Below are positions 13,396 to 25,740 of a stretch of DNA of 50,150 nucleotides, piece by piece. The number at the start of each line of letters is the position of its first letter. Within the stretch, counting starts at the first letter, position 1. Under the pieces are notes generated by a model. It was given only the letters and a program-made list of their open reading frames with translations. It was not told the DNA's origin and did not search any database. Source of the stretch: Chiloscyllium plagiosum (taxonomy: Eukaryota); NCBI RefSeq assembly GCF_004010195.1, contig NC_057719.1, positions 19,813,189 through 19,863,338 on the forward strand, in the 5' to 3' direction. The translations under genes and the position numbers were made by a program.

Positions 13396-16294
13396 CTTAC
13401 TCCTTTTTGAGGTATTTTTGGTGTTGGAGATGATTTCCTCAAATTCCAGGAGAAATAATTATTGTTTACAAGCTGTTGCATTGTTTTCGAACTTTGGGGA
13501 CAAAAAGATCAAAACAACAGCACTTTAAAAAGGAGGAAGAGAGACAAAACCATAGACCACGTGGTCAGTGAGAGAGAGCAAGAAACAAACCTACACTACT
13601 GACTGAAACAACAGTGAGTCTGCACAGCTGCTGCCTTTGCTGTTTGTGTTAAAGTATTTCTGGACATCAGAATGTGTCTAATAAAAATTAACAAACAACG
13701 AAAATCACAGTTCACCTTGGAGGAACCTCTGTGGGATAGGTCACAGCACGGGAGCAGCTATGTACTTGGTTTGTAAGTGTAACCGCACCATTCTTTTTTT
13801 TTGAGTAGAATTGGCTTTTTTAGGTTATATGTTCTATTGAGATCTATCTCTTAATTAAAATTTTAAAATATAAAACATAGGTACTAAGTTAGCCTGGAGC
13901 AGTGATTTTTAGAGCAGTAAGATGGTGCTATTTTCTGGGTCTATACATTGGGATGATCTTCCTATCAGATGTGGGAGATTAGGGACAGTTTCCATGTTAT
14001 TTCCATATTGCCTGCAGGAAGTGTGTTTGCTTGCGAATCCTATCTGATCGCATGGATCAGTTGGAACGACAGATAGAGGCAATGAGGAATTTACATGAGT
14101 GTGATGGATGACATTTATAGGAAGGTAGAAAAACCGCAGATACAGTCAGGTAGATGGGTTACCTTCAGGAAAGATAGGAGAGGGAGGTAGATAGTGCAGG
14201 AGTCTCCTGTGGCTATCCCGGTGTGAAACAAGTACTCTGTTTTGGAAAATATAGGGGGTGATGGACTTGAACAGAAAAGTTTCTGGTACTGAGATTGGCT
14301 CTAATGTAACAAGGGGTATGTCAGGTTCCAAGTGATCGATTGTGAGAGGGGACTCTCTAGTCAGAGACATTTCTGCGGCTCACGGTGAAAAATCAGAATG
14401 GTGTGTTGCCTTCCCGGTGCCAGGATCAAGGATATCTTGGAGACAGTGCAGAATGTTCTCAAAGGGGAGTGGGACCAGCAGGAGGTCATTGTATACACTA
14501 GAACTAACGCCATAGAAGGGGAAAAGAATGAGATTCTAAAGGGTGAATATAGAAAGTTAGGCAGGAATTTAAAAAGGAGGTCCTTGAAGGTAGTTATATC
14601 TGGATTACTCCCGGTGTCACAGCTAGTGAGGTTAAGAATAGAACGATAGAGCAGATGAAAGCATGTCTGAGGAGCTGGTGTGGGGAGAAGCATTCACATT
14701 TTTGGATCATTGGAATTTCTTCTGGGGTAGAAGTGACCTATATAAGGAGAACGGATTGCACCTGAATTGGAAGGGGACTAATATACTGGCAGGGAGATTT
14801 GCCAGAGCTGCTCAGGAGGATTTAAACGAATAAGATAGAGATAGTGAGGAAAGAGATCAGTCTGAGACTGGTACAGTTGGGAAAAGGAGCAAGTCAAACA
14901 GTCAGGGTAGGCAGGAACAAAGCAGGTAATGACAGAGGACTAATAAATTAAACTGCATTTATTTCAATGCAAGAAGCCCCACAGGGAAAGCAGATGAACT
15001 CAGGGCATGGTTAGGAACATGGGACTAGGATACCACAGCAATTACAGAGACGTGGCTCAGGGATGGACAGGACTGGCAGCTTAATGTTCCAGGATACAAA
15101 TGCTATAGGAAGGATAGATAGGGGGCAAGAGAGGAGAGTGAGTGGAGTTTTGTGGTAAGGGACAGTGTTACAGCTGTACCGAGAGAGAATAGTCCTGGGA
15201 AGACATCCAGGGAAGTTATTTGGGTTGAGCTGAGAAAAAGGAAAGAGATGAGCACCTTATTAGGATTTTACTGTGGACACCCCTAATAGTCAGTGGGAAA
15301 TTGAGAAAAAATATTTGTAAGGGGATCTCAGTTATCTGTAAGAATAATAGGGTGGCTATGGTAGGGGATTTTAACTTTCCAAACATAGACTGGAACTGCC
15401 ATATTGTTAAGGGTTTAGTTGGAGGGGAATTTGTTAAATGTGTACAAGACTACTTCTGATAGAGTATGTGGATGTACCTACTAGAGAAGGTGCAAAACTT
15501 GACCTACTCTTGGAAAATAAGGCAAGGTAGTTGACTGAGGTGTCACTAGAGGAGCACTTTGGGACCAGCCACCATAATTTTATTAGATTTAAAATAGTGG
15601 TGGAAAAGAATAGACAGGATCTAAAAGTTGAAGTTCTAAATTGGAGGAAGGCTAATTTTGAAAGTATAAGGCAGGAACTTTCAAAAGTTGATTGGGGGCA
15701 GATATTCACAGGTAAAGGTATGGCTGGAAAATGTGAAGCCTTCAAACATGAGATAATTAGAGTCCATAGAACGTAGAACATAGAACATTACAGTGCAGTA
15801 CAGGCCCTTCGGCCCTCGATATTGCGCCGACCTGCCATACCAACCTGAAGCCCGTCTAACCTACACTATTCCATGTACGTCCATATGCTTGTCCAATGAT
15901 TACTTAAATGTACTTAAAGTTGGCGAATCTACTACCGTTGCAGGCAAAGCATTCCATACCCTTACTACTCTCTGAGTAAAGAAACTACCTCTGACATCTG
16001 TCCTATATCTATCACCCCTCAATTTAAAACTATGCCCCCTTGTGCTTGCCGTCACCATTCTTGGAAAAAGGCTCTCCCTGTCCACCCTATCTAACCCTCT
16101 GATTATCTTATATGTCTCTATTAAGTCACCTCTCAACCTTCTTCTCTCTAACAAAAACAGCCTCAAGTCCCTCAGCCTTTCCTTGTAAGACCTTCCCTCC
16201 AGACCAGGGCAACATCCTAGTAAATCTCCTCTGCACCCTTTCCAAAGCTTCACATCCTTCTTATAATGCGGTGACCAGAACTGTACACAATACT

Positions 16295-17214
16295 NNNNNN
16301 NNNNNNNNNNNNNNNNNNNNNNNNNNNNNNNNNNNNNNNNNNNNNNNNNNNNNNNNNNNNNNNNNNNNNNNNNNNNNNNNNNNNNNNNNNNNNNNNNNNN
16401 NNNNNNNNNNNNNNNNNNNNNNNNNNNNNNNNNNNNNNNNNNNNNNNNNNNNNNNNNNNNNNNNNNNNNNNNNNNNNNNNNNNNNNNNNNNNNNNNNNNN
16501 NNNNNNNNNNNNNNNNNNNNNNNNNNNNNNNNNNNNNNNNNNNNNNNNNNNNNNNNNNNNNNNNNNNNNNNNNNNNNNNNNNNNNNNNNNNNNNNNNNNN
16601 NNNNNNNNNNNNNNNNNNNNNNNNNNNNNNNNNNNNNNNNNNNNNNNNNNNNNNNNNNNNNNNNNNNNNNNNNNNNNNNNNNNNNNNNNNNNNNNNNNNN
16701 NNNNNNNNNNNNNNNNNNNNNNNNNNNNNNNNNNNNNNNNNNNNNNNNNNNNNNNNNNNNNNNNNNNNNNNNNNNNNNNNNNNNNNNNNNNNNNNNNNNN
16801 NNNNNNNNNNNNNNNNNNNNNNNNNNNNNNNNNNNNNNNNNNNNNNNNNNNNNNNNNNNNNNNNNNNNNNNNNNNNNNNNNNNNNNNNNNNNNNNNNNNN
16901 NNNNNNNNNNNNNNNNNNNNNNNNNNNNNNNNNNNNNNNNNNNNNNNNNNNNNNNNNNNNNNNNNNNNNNNNNNNNNNNNNNNNNNNNNNNNNNNNNNNN
17001 NNNNNNNNNNNNNNNNNNNNNNNNNNNNNNNNNNNNNNNNNNNNNNNNNNNNNNNNNNNNNNNNNNNNNNNNNNNNNNNNNNNNNNNNNNNNNNNNNNNN
17101 NNNNNNNNNNNNNNNNNNNNNNNNNNNNNNNNNNNNNNNNNNNNNNNNNNNNNNNNNNNNNNNNNNNNNNNNNNNNNNNNNNNNNNNNNNNNNNNNNNNN
17201 NNNNNNNNNNNNNN
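16295..17214. other. Assembly gap (N run)
   Basis: 920 Ns inside a CR1. Confidence 1.
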
Positions 17215-18050
17215 CAATCCCATTCCTCCGCATTTTGTACAATAGCCTACTGTGGGGAACCTTATCGAACGCCTTGCTGAAATCCATATGCACCACATCA
17301 ACCGGTTTACTCTCATCTACCTGTTTGGTCACCTTCTCAAAGAACTCAATAAGGTTTGTGAGGCACGACCTACCCTTCACAAAACCGTGCTGACTATCCC
17401 TAATCAAATTATTCTTTTCTAGATTATTATAAATCCTATCTCTTATAACCTTTTCCAACACTTTACCAACAACTGAAGTAAGGCTCACTGGTCTATAATT
17501 ACCAGGATTGTCTCTACTCCCCTTCTTGAACAGGGGAACCACAATTGCTATCCTCCAGTCTTCTGGCACTATTCCTGTAGACAATGACAATTTAAAGATC
17601 AATGCCAAAGGCTCGGCAATCTCCTCCCTGGCTTCCCAGAGGATCCTAGGAAAAAATCCCATCCGGCCCAGGGGACTTATCTATTTTCACACTGCAGGAT
17701 TTCTAATACCTCTTCCTTGTGAACCTCAATCACACCTAGTCTAGTAGCCTGTATCTCAGTAATCTCCTCGACAACATTGTCATTTGCTATAGTGAATACT
17801 GTTGAAAAATATTCATTTAGTGCTTCCCCTATCTCCTCTGGCTCCTCAGACAACTTCCCACTACTATCCTTGATTGGCCCTTTTTTTCCTTAAATACCTA
17901 TAGAAAGCCTTAGGGTTTACCCTGATCCTATCCACCAACAACTTCTCATGTCTCCTCCTGGCTCTTCTGAGCTCTCTCTTTAGGTCTTTCCTGGCTACCT
18001 TGTAACCCTCAAGTGCCCTAACTGAGCATTCACAACTCATCCTAACATAA

Positions 18051-18136
18051 TTCGGAGATGCCGGTGTTGGACTGGGGTGTACAATTGGACCCAATTAAAC
18101 CTGTTGGACTATAACCTGGTGTTGTGTGATTTTTAA
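18051..18136. mobile_element. 86 bp PLE-end insertion made of two oppositely oriented pieces, 13 bp TSD
   Basis: CATCCTAACATAA at 18038-18050 and 18137-18149; both pieces match the contiguous end at 47706-47790. Confidence 0.88.
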
Positions 18137-19080
18137 CATCCTAACATAAGCCTTCTTCTTCCTCTTGACCAGAGATTCCACTTCCTTTGTAAACCACAGC
18201 TCCAGCGCTCTACAGCTTCCTCCCGGCCTGACAGGTACATACTTATCTAGGACACACAGTAGCTTTTCCTTGAATAAGCTCCACATTTCTAAGGTGCCTA
18301 TCCCCTGCAGTTTCCTTCTCCATCCTATGCTTTCTAAATCTTGCCTAAATCTTGCCTAATGGCATCGTATCATTCAGATACAGTATGTTCCTGTTAGGGT
18401 GAAAGGCAAGGCTAGTGGGTGAAGGAATGCTGGATGACTGGAGAAATTGAGGTTTTGGTTAAGAAAAAGAAGGGAGCGTTTGTTGAGTATAGACAACAGA
18501 GATTAAATAAATTAGAAGAATATAAAAGCAGTAAGAGTATATTTAAGAGGGAAATCAGGAGGGCAAAAAGGGGATTATGAGATCGTTTTGGCAAATAGGG
18601 TTAAGGAGAATCCAAAGGGATTTTATAAAAGACATTACATTAAGGAAAAAGGGGTAACTAGGGAGCAAATAGGACTCCTCACGGATCAACAAGGCAGCCT
18701 ATGTGTATCAGCAGGAGATGGGGGAGATACTAAATGAGTATTTTGCATCAGTGTTTATTGTGGAGGATATGGAAGATATCACATGTGGGGAAATATATTG
18801 GTGGCATCTTGAAATATGTCCATATTACAGAGGAGGAGGAGGTGTTGAATGTCTTAACACGCATAAAGTTGGATAAATCCCCAGGACCTGATCAGGTGTA
18901 CCCTCAAACTCTGTAGGAATCTAGGAGTGTGATTGCTGGATATTTGGATCATTGATAAGCCACAGTTGAGGTGCTGGAAGACTGGAGGTTGGCTAACATG
19001 GTGCCACTATTTAAGAAAGATAGTAAGGAAAGGCTAGGGTACTATAGACTGATGAGCCTGACATCAGTCATGGGCAAGTT

Positions 19081-19854
19081 ATAAGACCATAAGACATAGG
19101 AGCGGAAGTAAGGCCATTCGGCCCATCGAGTCCACTCCGCCATTCAATCATGGCTGATGGGCATTTCAACTCCACTTACCCGCATTCTCCCCGTAGCCCT
19201 TAATTCCTTGTGACATCAAGAATTTATCAATCTCTGCCTTGAAGACATTTAGCGTCCCAGCCTCCACTGCACTCTGCGGCAATGAATTCCACAGGTCCAC
19301 CACTCTCTGGCTGAAGAAATGTCTCTGCGTTTCTGTTCTGAATTTACCCCCTCTAATTCTAAGGCTGTGTCCACGGGTCCTAGTCTCCTCGCCTAACGGA
19401 AACAATTTCCTAGCGTCCACCCTCTCCAAGCCATGTATTATCTTGTAAGTTTCGATTACATCTCCCCTTAATCTTCTAAACTCCAATGAATACAATCCCA
19501 GGATATGTTAGACCTACCATTCCAGGGATCATCAATGTGAATCTCCGCTGGACACGCTCCAGTGCCAGTATGTCCTTCTTGACACAGTATTCCAAATGGG
19601 GCCTAACCAGGGCTTTATAAAGTCTCAGTAGCACAACGGTGCTTTTATATTCCAACCCTCTTAAGATAATTGCCAACATTGCATTCGCTTTCTTAATCAC
19701 GGACTCAACCTGCATGTTTACCTTTAGAGAATCCTCAACTAGCACTCCCAGATCCCTCTGTACTTTGGCTTTACGAATTTTCTCACCGTTTAGAAAGTAG
19801 TCCATGCTTGTATTCTTTTTCCCAAAGTGCAAGACCTCGCATTTGCTCACATTG
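19081..19854 (-). mobile_element. Young CR1 3' fragment nested in antisense
   Basis: KCEVLHFG...QRDLGV...WNSLP; TSD AAGTT at 19076-19080 and 19855-19859; same subfamily as 5749-6491. Confidence 0.93.
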
Positions 19855-20670
19855 AAGTTGTTGTAGGGAATCCTGAGGGATATGACTTACATGTATTTGG
19901 AAAGGAAGACTGATTAACGATAGTCAACAAAACTTTGTGTGTGGGAAATCATGTCATACAAACTTAATTGAGGTTTTTGAAGAAGTAACAAAAAGGATTA
20001 ATGAGGACAGAGCGGTGAACATGATCTATATGGACTTCTGTAAGGAAAGGTTCAACAAGGCTCCTCATAGTAGACTGGTGAGCAAGGTTAGATCACATGG
20101 AATATTGCGTGCAGTTCCGGTTTTCTTCCTATTGGAAGGATGTTGTGAAACTTGAAAAGGTTCCGAAATGATTTGCAAGGATGTTGCCAGGGTTTGGATG
20201 GTTTGAATGAAAGGGAGAACCTGAATAGACTGGGGCTGTTTTCCCTGGAGCATTGGAGACTGAGGGGTGACCTTACAGAGGTTCATAAAATCATGAACAG
20301 CATGGACAGGGTAAAAAGACGAGGTCTTTTCCCCAGGTTGGGGGAATTTAGAACTAGAAGGCATAGGTTTAGTGTGAGAGGGGAAAGATTTAGAAGGTGC
20401 ATAAGGGATAACTTTTTCATGAAAAGAGTGGTGCGTTGTAAGGAATGAGCTGGCAGTTGAAGTGGTGCAGGCTGGTACATTTACAACATTTGAAAGGCAT
20501 CTGGATGAGTATATGAATAAGAAGGGTTTAGAGGGATATGTGCCAGGTGCTGGCAAATGGGACTACATTAATTTAGGATATCTGGCTGTTATCGATGAAT
20601 TAGACCGAAGGGTCTATTTCCATGCTGTACATCTTTTTGTTTTCCTGTCCAGGAGCAGCAGGAGACCCAG

Positions 20671-20682
20671 CGGAAGTGACGT
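20671..20682 (+). promoter_or_regulatory. Overlapping ETS/CRE-like motif in CR1 5'UTR
   Basis: CGGAAGTGACGT, 36 nt inside the TSD-defined 5' end. Confidence 0.4.
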
Positions 20683-20833
20683 GGCGACCAGTATATCCCT
20701 CCCATCCCTCTTCCTCTAACCAGAAGGAAAAGACTCTGTAAGGTAAGGCTTTTATTTTTTCTTGTTCTTTCTTTCTCATATATTTAAGTGCATTGTTTGG
20801 TTTTAGTTAGTTGATATAAAGTTAGGGCTTACA

Positions 20834-21752
20834 ATAGCAGGGGACCTCAAACCCACGGCATGTGCCTCTTGCTTGATGTGGGAGTTCTGTGATGTAGCTG
20901 ACATTCCTGACTCTTACACTTGCAGGAAGTGTGTCCAGCTGCAGCTGCTGTTTGATCACATGATGGCTCTGGAGCTGAGGATGGACTCACTGTGGAGCAT
21001 CCGCGATGCTGATGAGGTCGTGGATAGCACATTTAGTGAACTAGTCACACCGCAGGTTCGAATTGCTGAGGGAGACAGTGAATGGGTGACCAAAAGAAGA
21101 AAAAGAGCAGGAAGGCAGTGCAGGTGTCCCCTGCAGTCAACTCCCTCCAAAACAGGTATACCGTTTTGGAAATTGTTGGAGGAGATGGCTCACCAGGTGA
21201 AGGCGGGCACTGCTGTTCAGAAGGGTGGGAAAAATACTCATAGGGCCATAGTCATAGGGGATTCTATTGTGAGAGGAGTAGATAGGCGATTCTGTGGCCG
21301 AAAACAGGACTCCCGGATGGTATGTTGCCTCCCAGGTGCTCAGGTCAGGGATGTCATCGATCGGCTGCAGAGCATTCTAAAAGGGGAGGGTGAACAGCCA
21401 GTTGGCTTGGTGTGTATAGGCACCAACGATATAAGTAAAAAATGAGATGAGGTCCTGAAAGCAGAATTCAGGAAGCTCGGAGAGAAGTTAAAGCGGAGGA
21501 CCTCAAAGGTCGTGATCGCGGGATTACTACCTGTGCCACGAGCTAGCCAGTGTAGAAATGAAAGAAATACGCAGGATGAACACATGGCTTGAGGGGTGGT
21601 GTAGGAGGGAAGGGTTCAGATTTGTTGGGCATTGGGAGCGGTTCTGGGGAAGGTGGGACTATTACAAAATGGAGGGTCTACATCTGAATCGGACTGGAAC
21701 CAATGTCCTTGGGGAAGTTTTTGCTACTGCTGTTGGGGAGGTTTTCAACTAA
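20834..21752 (+). pseudogene. CR1 ORF1p relic: CxxC..CxxC zinc finger, coiled coil, SGNH/GDSL-like esterase
   Basis: CASC...CRKC, VIGDSIVR, IGTNDI, EGLHLN; presumed start reads ATA; stops and frameshifts present. Confidence 0.85.
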
Positions 21753-23930
21753 TGTGGCAGGGGGCTGGGAACCAGAGGAGAAGACTAGTGGACAGTGAGG
21801 TGGAAACTGGACACATATGAATTATGAAGATAGCATTAATAAGGGGAAGAATAGGTAGAGAGCAGATGAACACAACATAAATGGTGGCCTGAAGTGCATC
21901 TACTTTAATGCAATGAGTATAGTGTGTAAGGCAGATGAACTTAGGGCTTGGATTGGTGCCTGGGAGTATGACGTTATTGCAATCACAGAGACTTGGTTGA
22001 AGGAAGGGCATGATTGGGAACTAAATGTTCCAGTATATAGGCGCTTCAGACAGGACAGGGAGGAAAGTAAAGGGGCGGGTGGAGTTGCATTGCTGGTAAG
22101 GGATATCGTGGCTGTGCTAAAGGAGGACACTATGGAAGGCTTGGGTAGTGAGACATTATGGGTGGAGCTGAGAAATAAGAAGGGTGCAGTTACATTGTTG
22201 GGGCTGTATTACAGACCTCCCAACAGTGAGTGTAAGGTAGAAGAACAAATAGGCAAACAGATTATGGAAAGATGTAGAGGCAATAGGGTAGTGGTGATGG
22301 GAGATTTTAATTTTCCCAACATTGACTAGGATACACTTAGCATCAGAGGTCTGGATGGAGTAGAATTTGTAAGTAGTGTCCAGGAAGTTTGAGAACAGTT
22401 TGTCAATAGTCCGACGAGGGAAGGGGCCACATTGGACCTGGTACTGGGGAACGAGCCAGGACAGGTGGTAGAAGTTGCGGTGGGGGATTTCTTTGGTAAC
22501 AGTGACCACAATTCTGTAAGTTTTAGAATACTCGTAGACAAAGATGAGAGTGGTCCTATGGAAAGAGTATTAAACTGGGCCAAGGCCAATTATATCAAAA
22601 TTAGGCAGGAGTTGGGAAATGTGGATTGGACACAACTATTCGAAGGGAAGTCCACATTTGATGTGTGGGAGGCTTTCAAAGATAGGTTAAAGGCATAAGG
22701 TCGAGGCAGCTAAGAACAGAGTGGGCCTTGGAGGAATATCAGAAGAGTAGGACCAGTCTTAAATGAGGAATCAAGCGGGCTAAAAGGGGTCATGAAATAG
22801 CTTTAGCGTGCAGAATTAAGGAAAACCCCAAAGCATTTTATTCTTATATAAGAAGTAAGTGAGTAACTAGAGAAAGGATTGATCCACTAAAGGATAATGA
22901 AGGAAGGCTATGTGTCGAACCTGAGAGAATGGGTGAGATTCTGAATGATTACTTTACATCAGCATTCACTGAGGAGAGGAACATGATGTATGTTGAGATT
23001 AGAGATAGAAGTTTCATTAGTCTGGATCAAGATGTGCTGGGTATGCTCAAGGTTATTACGGTGGCCAAATCCCCAGGACTGGATGGGATCTATCCCAGTT
23101 GCCGAGGGAGGCAAGAGAGGAAATATCTGGGGCCTTGACAGATATCTTCATGGCATCAATGTTGCTTGTGTTGTACCCCTATACAAGAAGGGTAGTAGGG
23201 GGGACCTGATTGAAGTTTTCAAAATCTTGAAGGGTATAGGCAGGGTAGATAGCGATAAGCTTTTTCCCAGGGTGAAGGATTCAATAACAAGAGGTCACAC
23301 TTTCAAGGTGAGAGGTGAAAAGTTTGAGGGAGATACACATGGCAAGTACTTTACACAGAGAGTGGTAGGTGTCTGGAATGCATTGCCAGCAGAGGTGGTA
23401 GAGGCAGGCACGTTAGATTCATTTAAGATGCGTCTGGACAGATGCATGAGTAGGTGGGAAGCAGAGGAATACAGATGCTTAGGAAGTGGGCGATAGGTTT
23501 AGACAGTAGATTGGGATCGGCTCAGGCTTGGAGGGCTGAAGGGCCTGTTCCTGGGCTGTAAATTTTCTTTGTTCTTTGTTCTTATCTCTATGACTCTACA
23601 TTGTGTTCATTCACCATTTCTGCAACGCCTTCTAACAGCACTGTGGATGTAGCTATCTCCCAAGGACTGTAGCAGTTCAAAAAGACAGTTTATTGCCACC
23701 TCTTCCTGGACAGTTAGTGTTCAGCATTAAATGGTGGTCTAGTCAGCAATGCCCACATCCCAGAGCCAGTGCAATTGGTCAAAACATACTTGAGCCCAAA
23801 GCAAGTGGATGTGCTATTATTGTTATTGAAACATTATTTCCTCACTCATGAGATCTGCTTTCAAAGTAAATTCAGATATATGAGCTGAATGTTTTCTCGA
23901 GTGTCTTCTCTCTTTTGTAATGCAAATAAA

Positions 23931-24278
23931 GTCATAGAATCCGTAAAGTGTGGAAACAGGCCCCTTGGCCCAACAAGTCTACACCAACCCTCCGAAAAGT
24001 AACCCACCCAGACCCATTCCCCTACCCTATTATCCTACATTCATCCCAGATTAATGCACCTAAACTACATATCCCTGAATACTATGGGCAATTTAGCATA
24101 GTCAATTCACCCAACCTGCAAATACTTTCGATTGTCGGAGGAAACCAGAGCACAAAGATGAAACACCACACAGACACGGGGAGAATGTGCAAACTCCACA
24201 CAGACAGTAGTCCAAAGCTGGAAACGAACCCTGGTCCCTGGCACTATAAGGCAGCAGTGCTAACCACTGAGCCACCAT
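23931..24278 (-). mobile_element. HE1-like SINE, full length
   Basis: A box TGGCTCAGTGG, B box GGTTCGTTTCC, CR1-like 3' end GGGCCTGTTTCCACAC. Confidence 0.9.
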
Positions 24279-24879
24279 GTACCAGTAAACAAAGCTATAA
24301 ATAATCTGGCATTATTCCAACTAGATGGAGAAAATTGAGCCACCACTTGCATTAATTTGGAGAAAATGTTCTGAGAGTGGCTGTTAAAGTATAAAGTTGA
24401 AACAACTGTCTCTCAATGATGAGATGAAAATGTACTACAATATGCTTAGAATTGTAGAGAACTATTTTCTCACTTTGTGTTCATTTTTTTTAGAATGAGT
24501 TTTCCTTATTATGCTTCTTTCAGTCACTGTACCTTACCTATTCATTACTCATCAAGAGGCTTCAGTTACAGTTATCATCAAACGTAGATCAAAGATCTCA
24601 TTGATGCCTATCATTTATGAGTCATGGATAGAATTTATGTGTTCCTCTTTTTGCCTGTGATCAGTCTGCTGGTATAGGAAAGGTATACATTTTCTTACCA
24701 AAACTATCCAAAGGTTTTTGTGGTAAAATTAAGAAAGAATCTCTTATTATCAGACATTTGTTACTCACTCATTTCACACAATCTCTCACAACTTATTGTC
24801 TGGATGCAGATGAAGGTAAAAACAATAGGGTTGCAAAATACAATTATCTCAGTATCTCAAGGAGCTACACCAAAGACTA

Positions 24880-25740
24880 AAACACTTAGTAGAAGACTCG
24901 TGCCAGTCCATTCACTCCACCCAAGAATTCCTGAACACCTTCAAAGATACCAAGATAGAAGAGGATGAAATAATGGTCTCCTTTGATGTAACAGCCCTGT
25001 TCACATCCATTGACATCAACCTGACCAAATAAACAATCCGCTGGTTTTCCTGCAACAAACCCAAACAAGCAGATAAAACGCATCCAAAAACCTTAACCAC
25101 TCTCCCCTACATCAAAGACATCTCGGAAATGACTACCAGACTACTCAGACCCCTTGGCATCGTGGTCGCCCACAAACCCACCAACACACTAAAATAACAG
25201 CTAATGAACTTAAACGACCCTCTCCAGACAACAAGCAAAATGAACGTTGTTTATAACATACCTTGCAAGAACTGCAATAAACACGACATTGGACAAACAG
25301 ACAGAAAACTAGCCAACAGGATACATGAACATCAATTAGCCACAAAAAGACATGACCCACTATCCCTAGTATCCTTACATACAGATGAGGAAGGACACCA
25401 CTTTGACTGGGACAACACATCCAACCGAAGATCAGCCAAACAGAGATACACATGAGAATTGCTAAAAGCATGGCATTCCAATTGGAACTCTATCAACAAA
25501 CACATTGATTTGGACCCCATCTAACACCCTGTAAGAAAAAGAACAGGATATGACATCACCAACACAGGGGGACATTGCATCACCAACTCAGGAAATGACA
25601 TCACCAACCCAAGGAAACCTAAACACATAAATAAAAAGTGGGACATAACACCAGGGCTTCACCAGAGCTCACTCATGATGTCACCTAGTATGGTCTGAAA
25701 AGGAACCTTACAGCTCAGCGAGCAAACTTATATCCAGTAT
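24880..25740 (+). mobile_element. Penelope/Poseidon-type PLE, internally deleted, decayed
   Basis: MVSFDVTALFTSID joined to TLPYIKDISEMT; NVVYNIPCKNC...IHEHQ; broken hammerhead at ~25670-25710. Confidence 0.88.

Larger units (their letters stand above)
15765..18370 (-). mobile_element. CR1 LINE RT region nested in antisense, spanning an N gap
   Basis: EAREEIAEPL...YRPVSLTS...SQHGF...DFSKAFDKVPH open; (GTTCTAT)n tail at 15765-15786. Confidence 0.92.
13396..20634 (+). mobile_element. Near full-length CR1 (5'UTR, ORF1 esterase, APE, RT with deletion), split by nested insertions; last tail bases at 23584-23598
   Basis: MVCCLPGARIKD (ORF1), GDFNFPNIDW, KSPGPDQVYP, SCHTNLIE, LRGDLTEV; continuity across 15765/18372, 19080/19860 and 20634/23588. 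Confidence 0.88.
20635..23583 (+). mobile_element. 5'-complete CR1 with RT-core deletion, inserted in the tail of the previous CR1
   Basis: TSD ATCT at 20631-20634 and 23584-23587; ORF1, APE (IAITETWL, YYRPP, GDFNFP), YKKGSR|GDLIE junction, (TTCTTTG)n tail. Confidence 0.92.

Noticed and set aside
16112..17662. Long ORFs of 351-470 aa
   Set aside because: Length comes from reading through the N gap; the real parts are CR1 RT
25670..25712. Hammerhead at the end of the 24880-25740 PLE
   Set aside because: Core reads CTCATGA and the GAC-GAAAC segment is deleted; relic only
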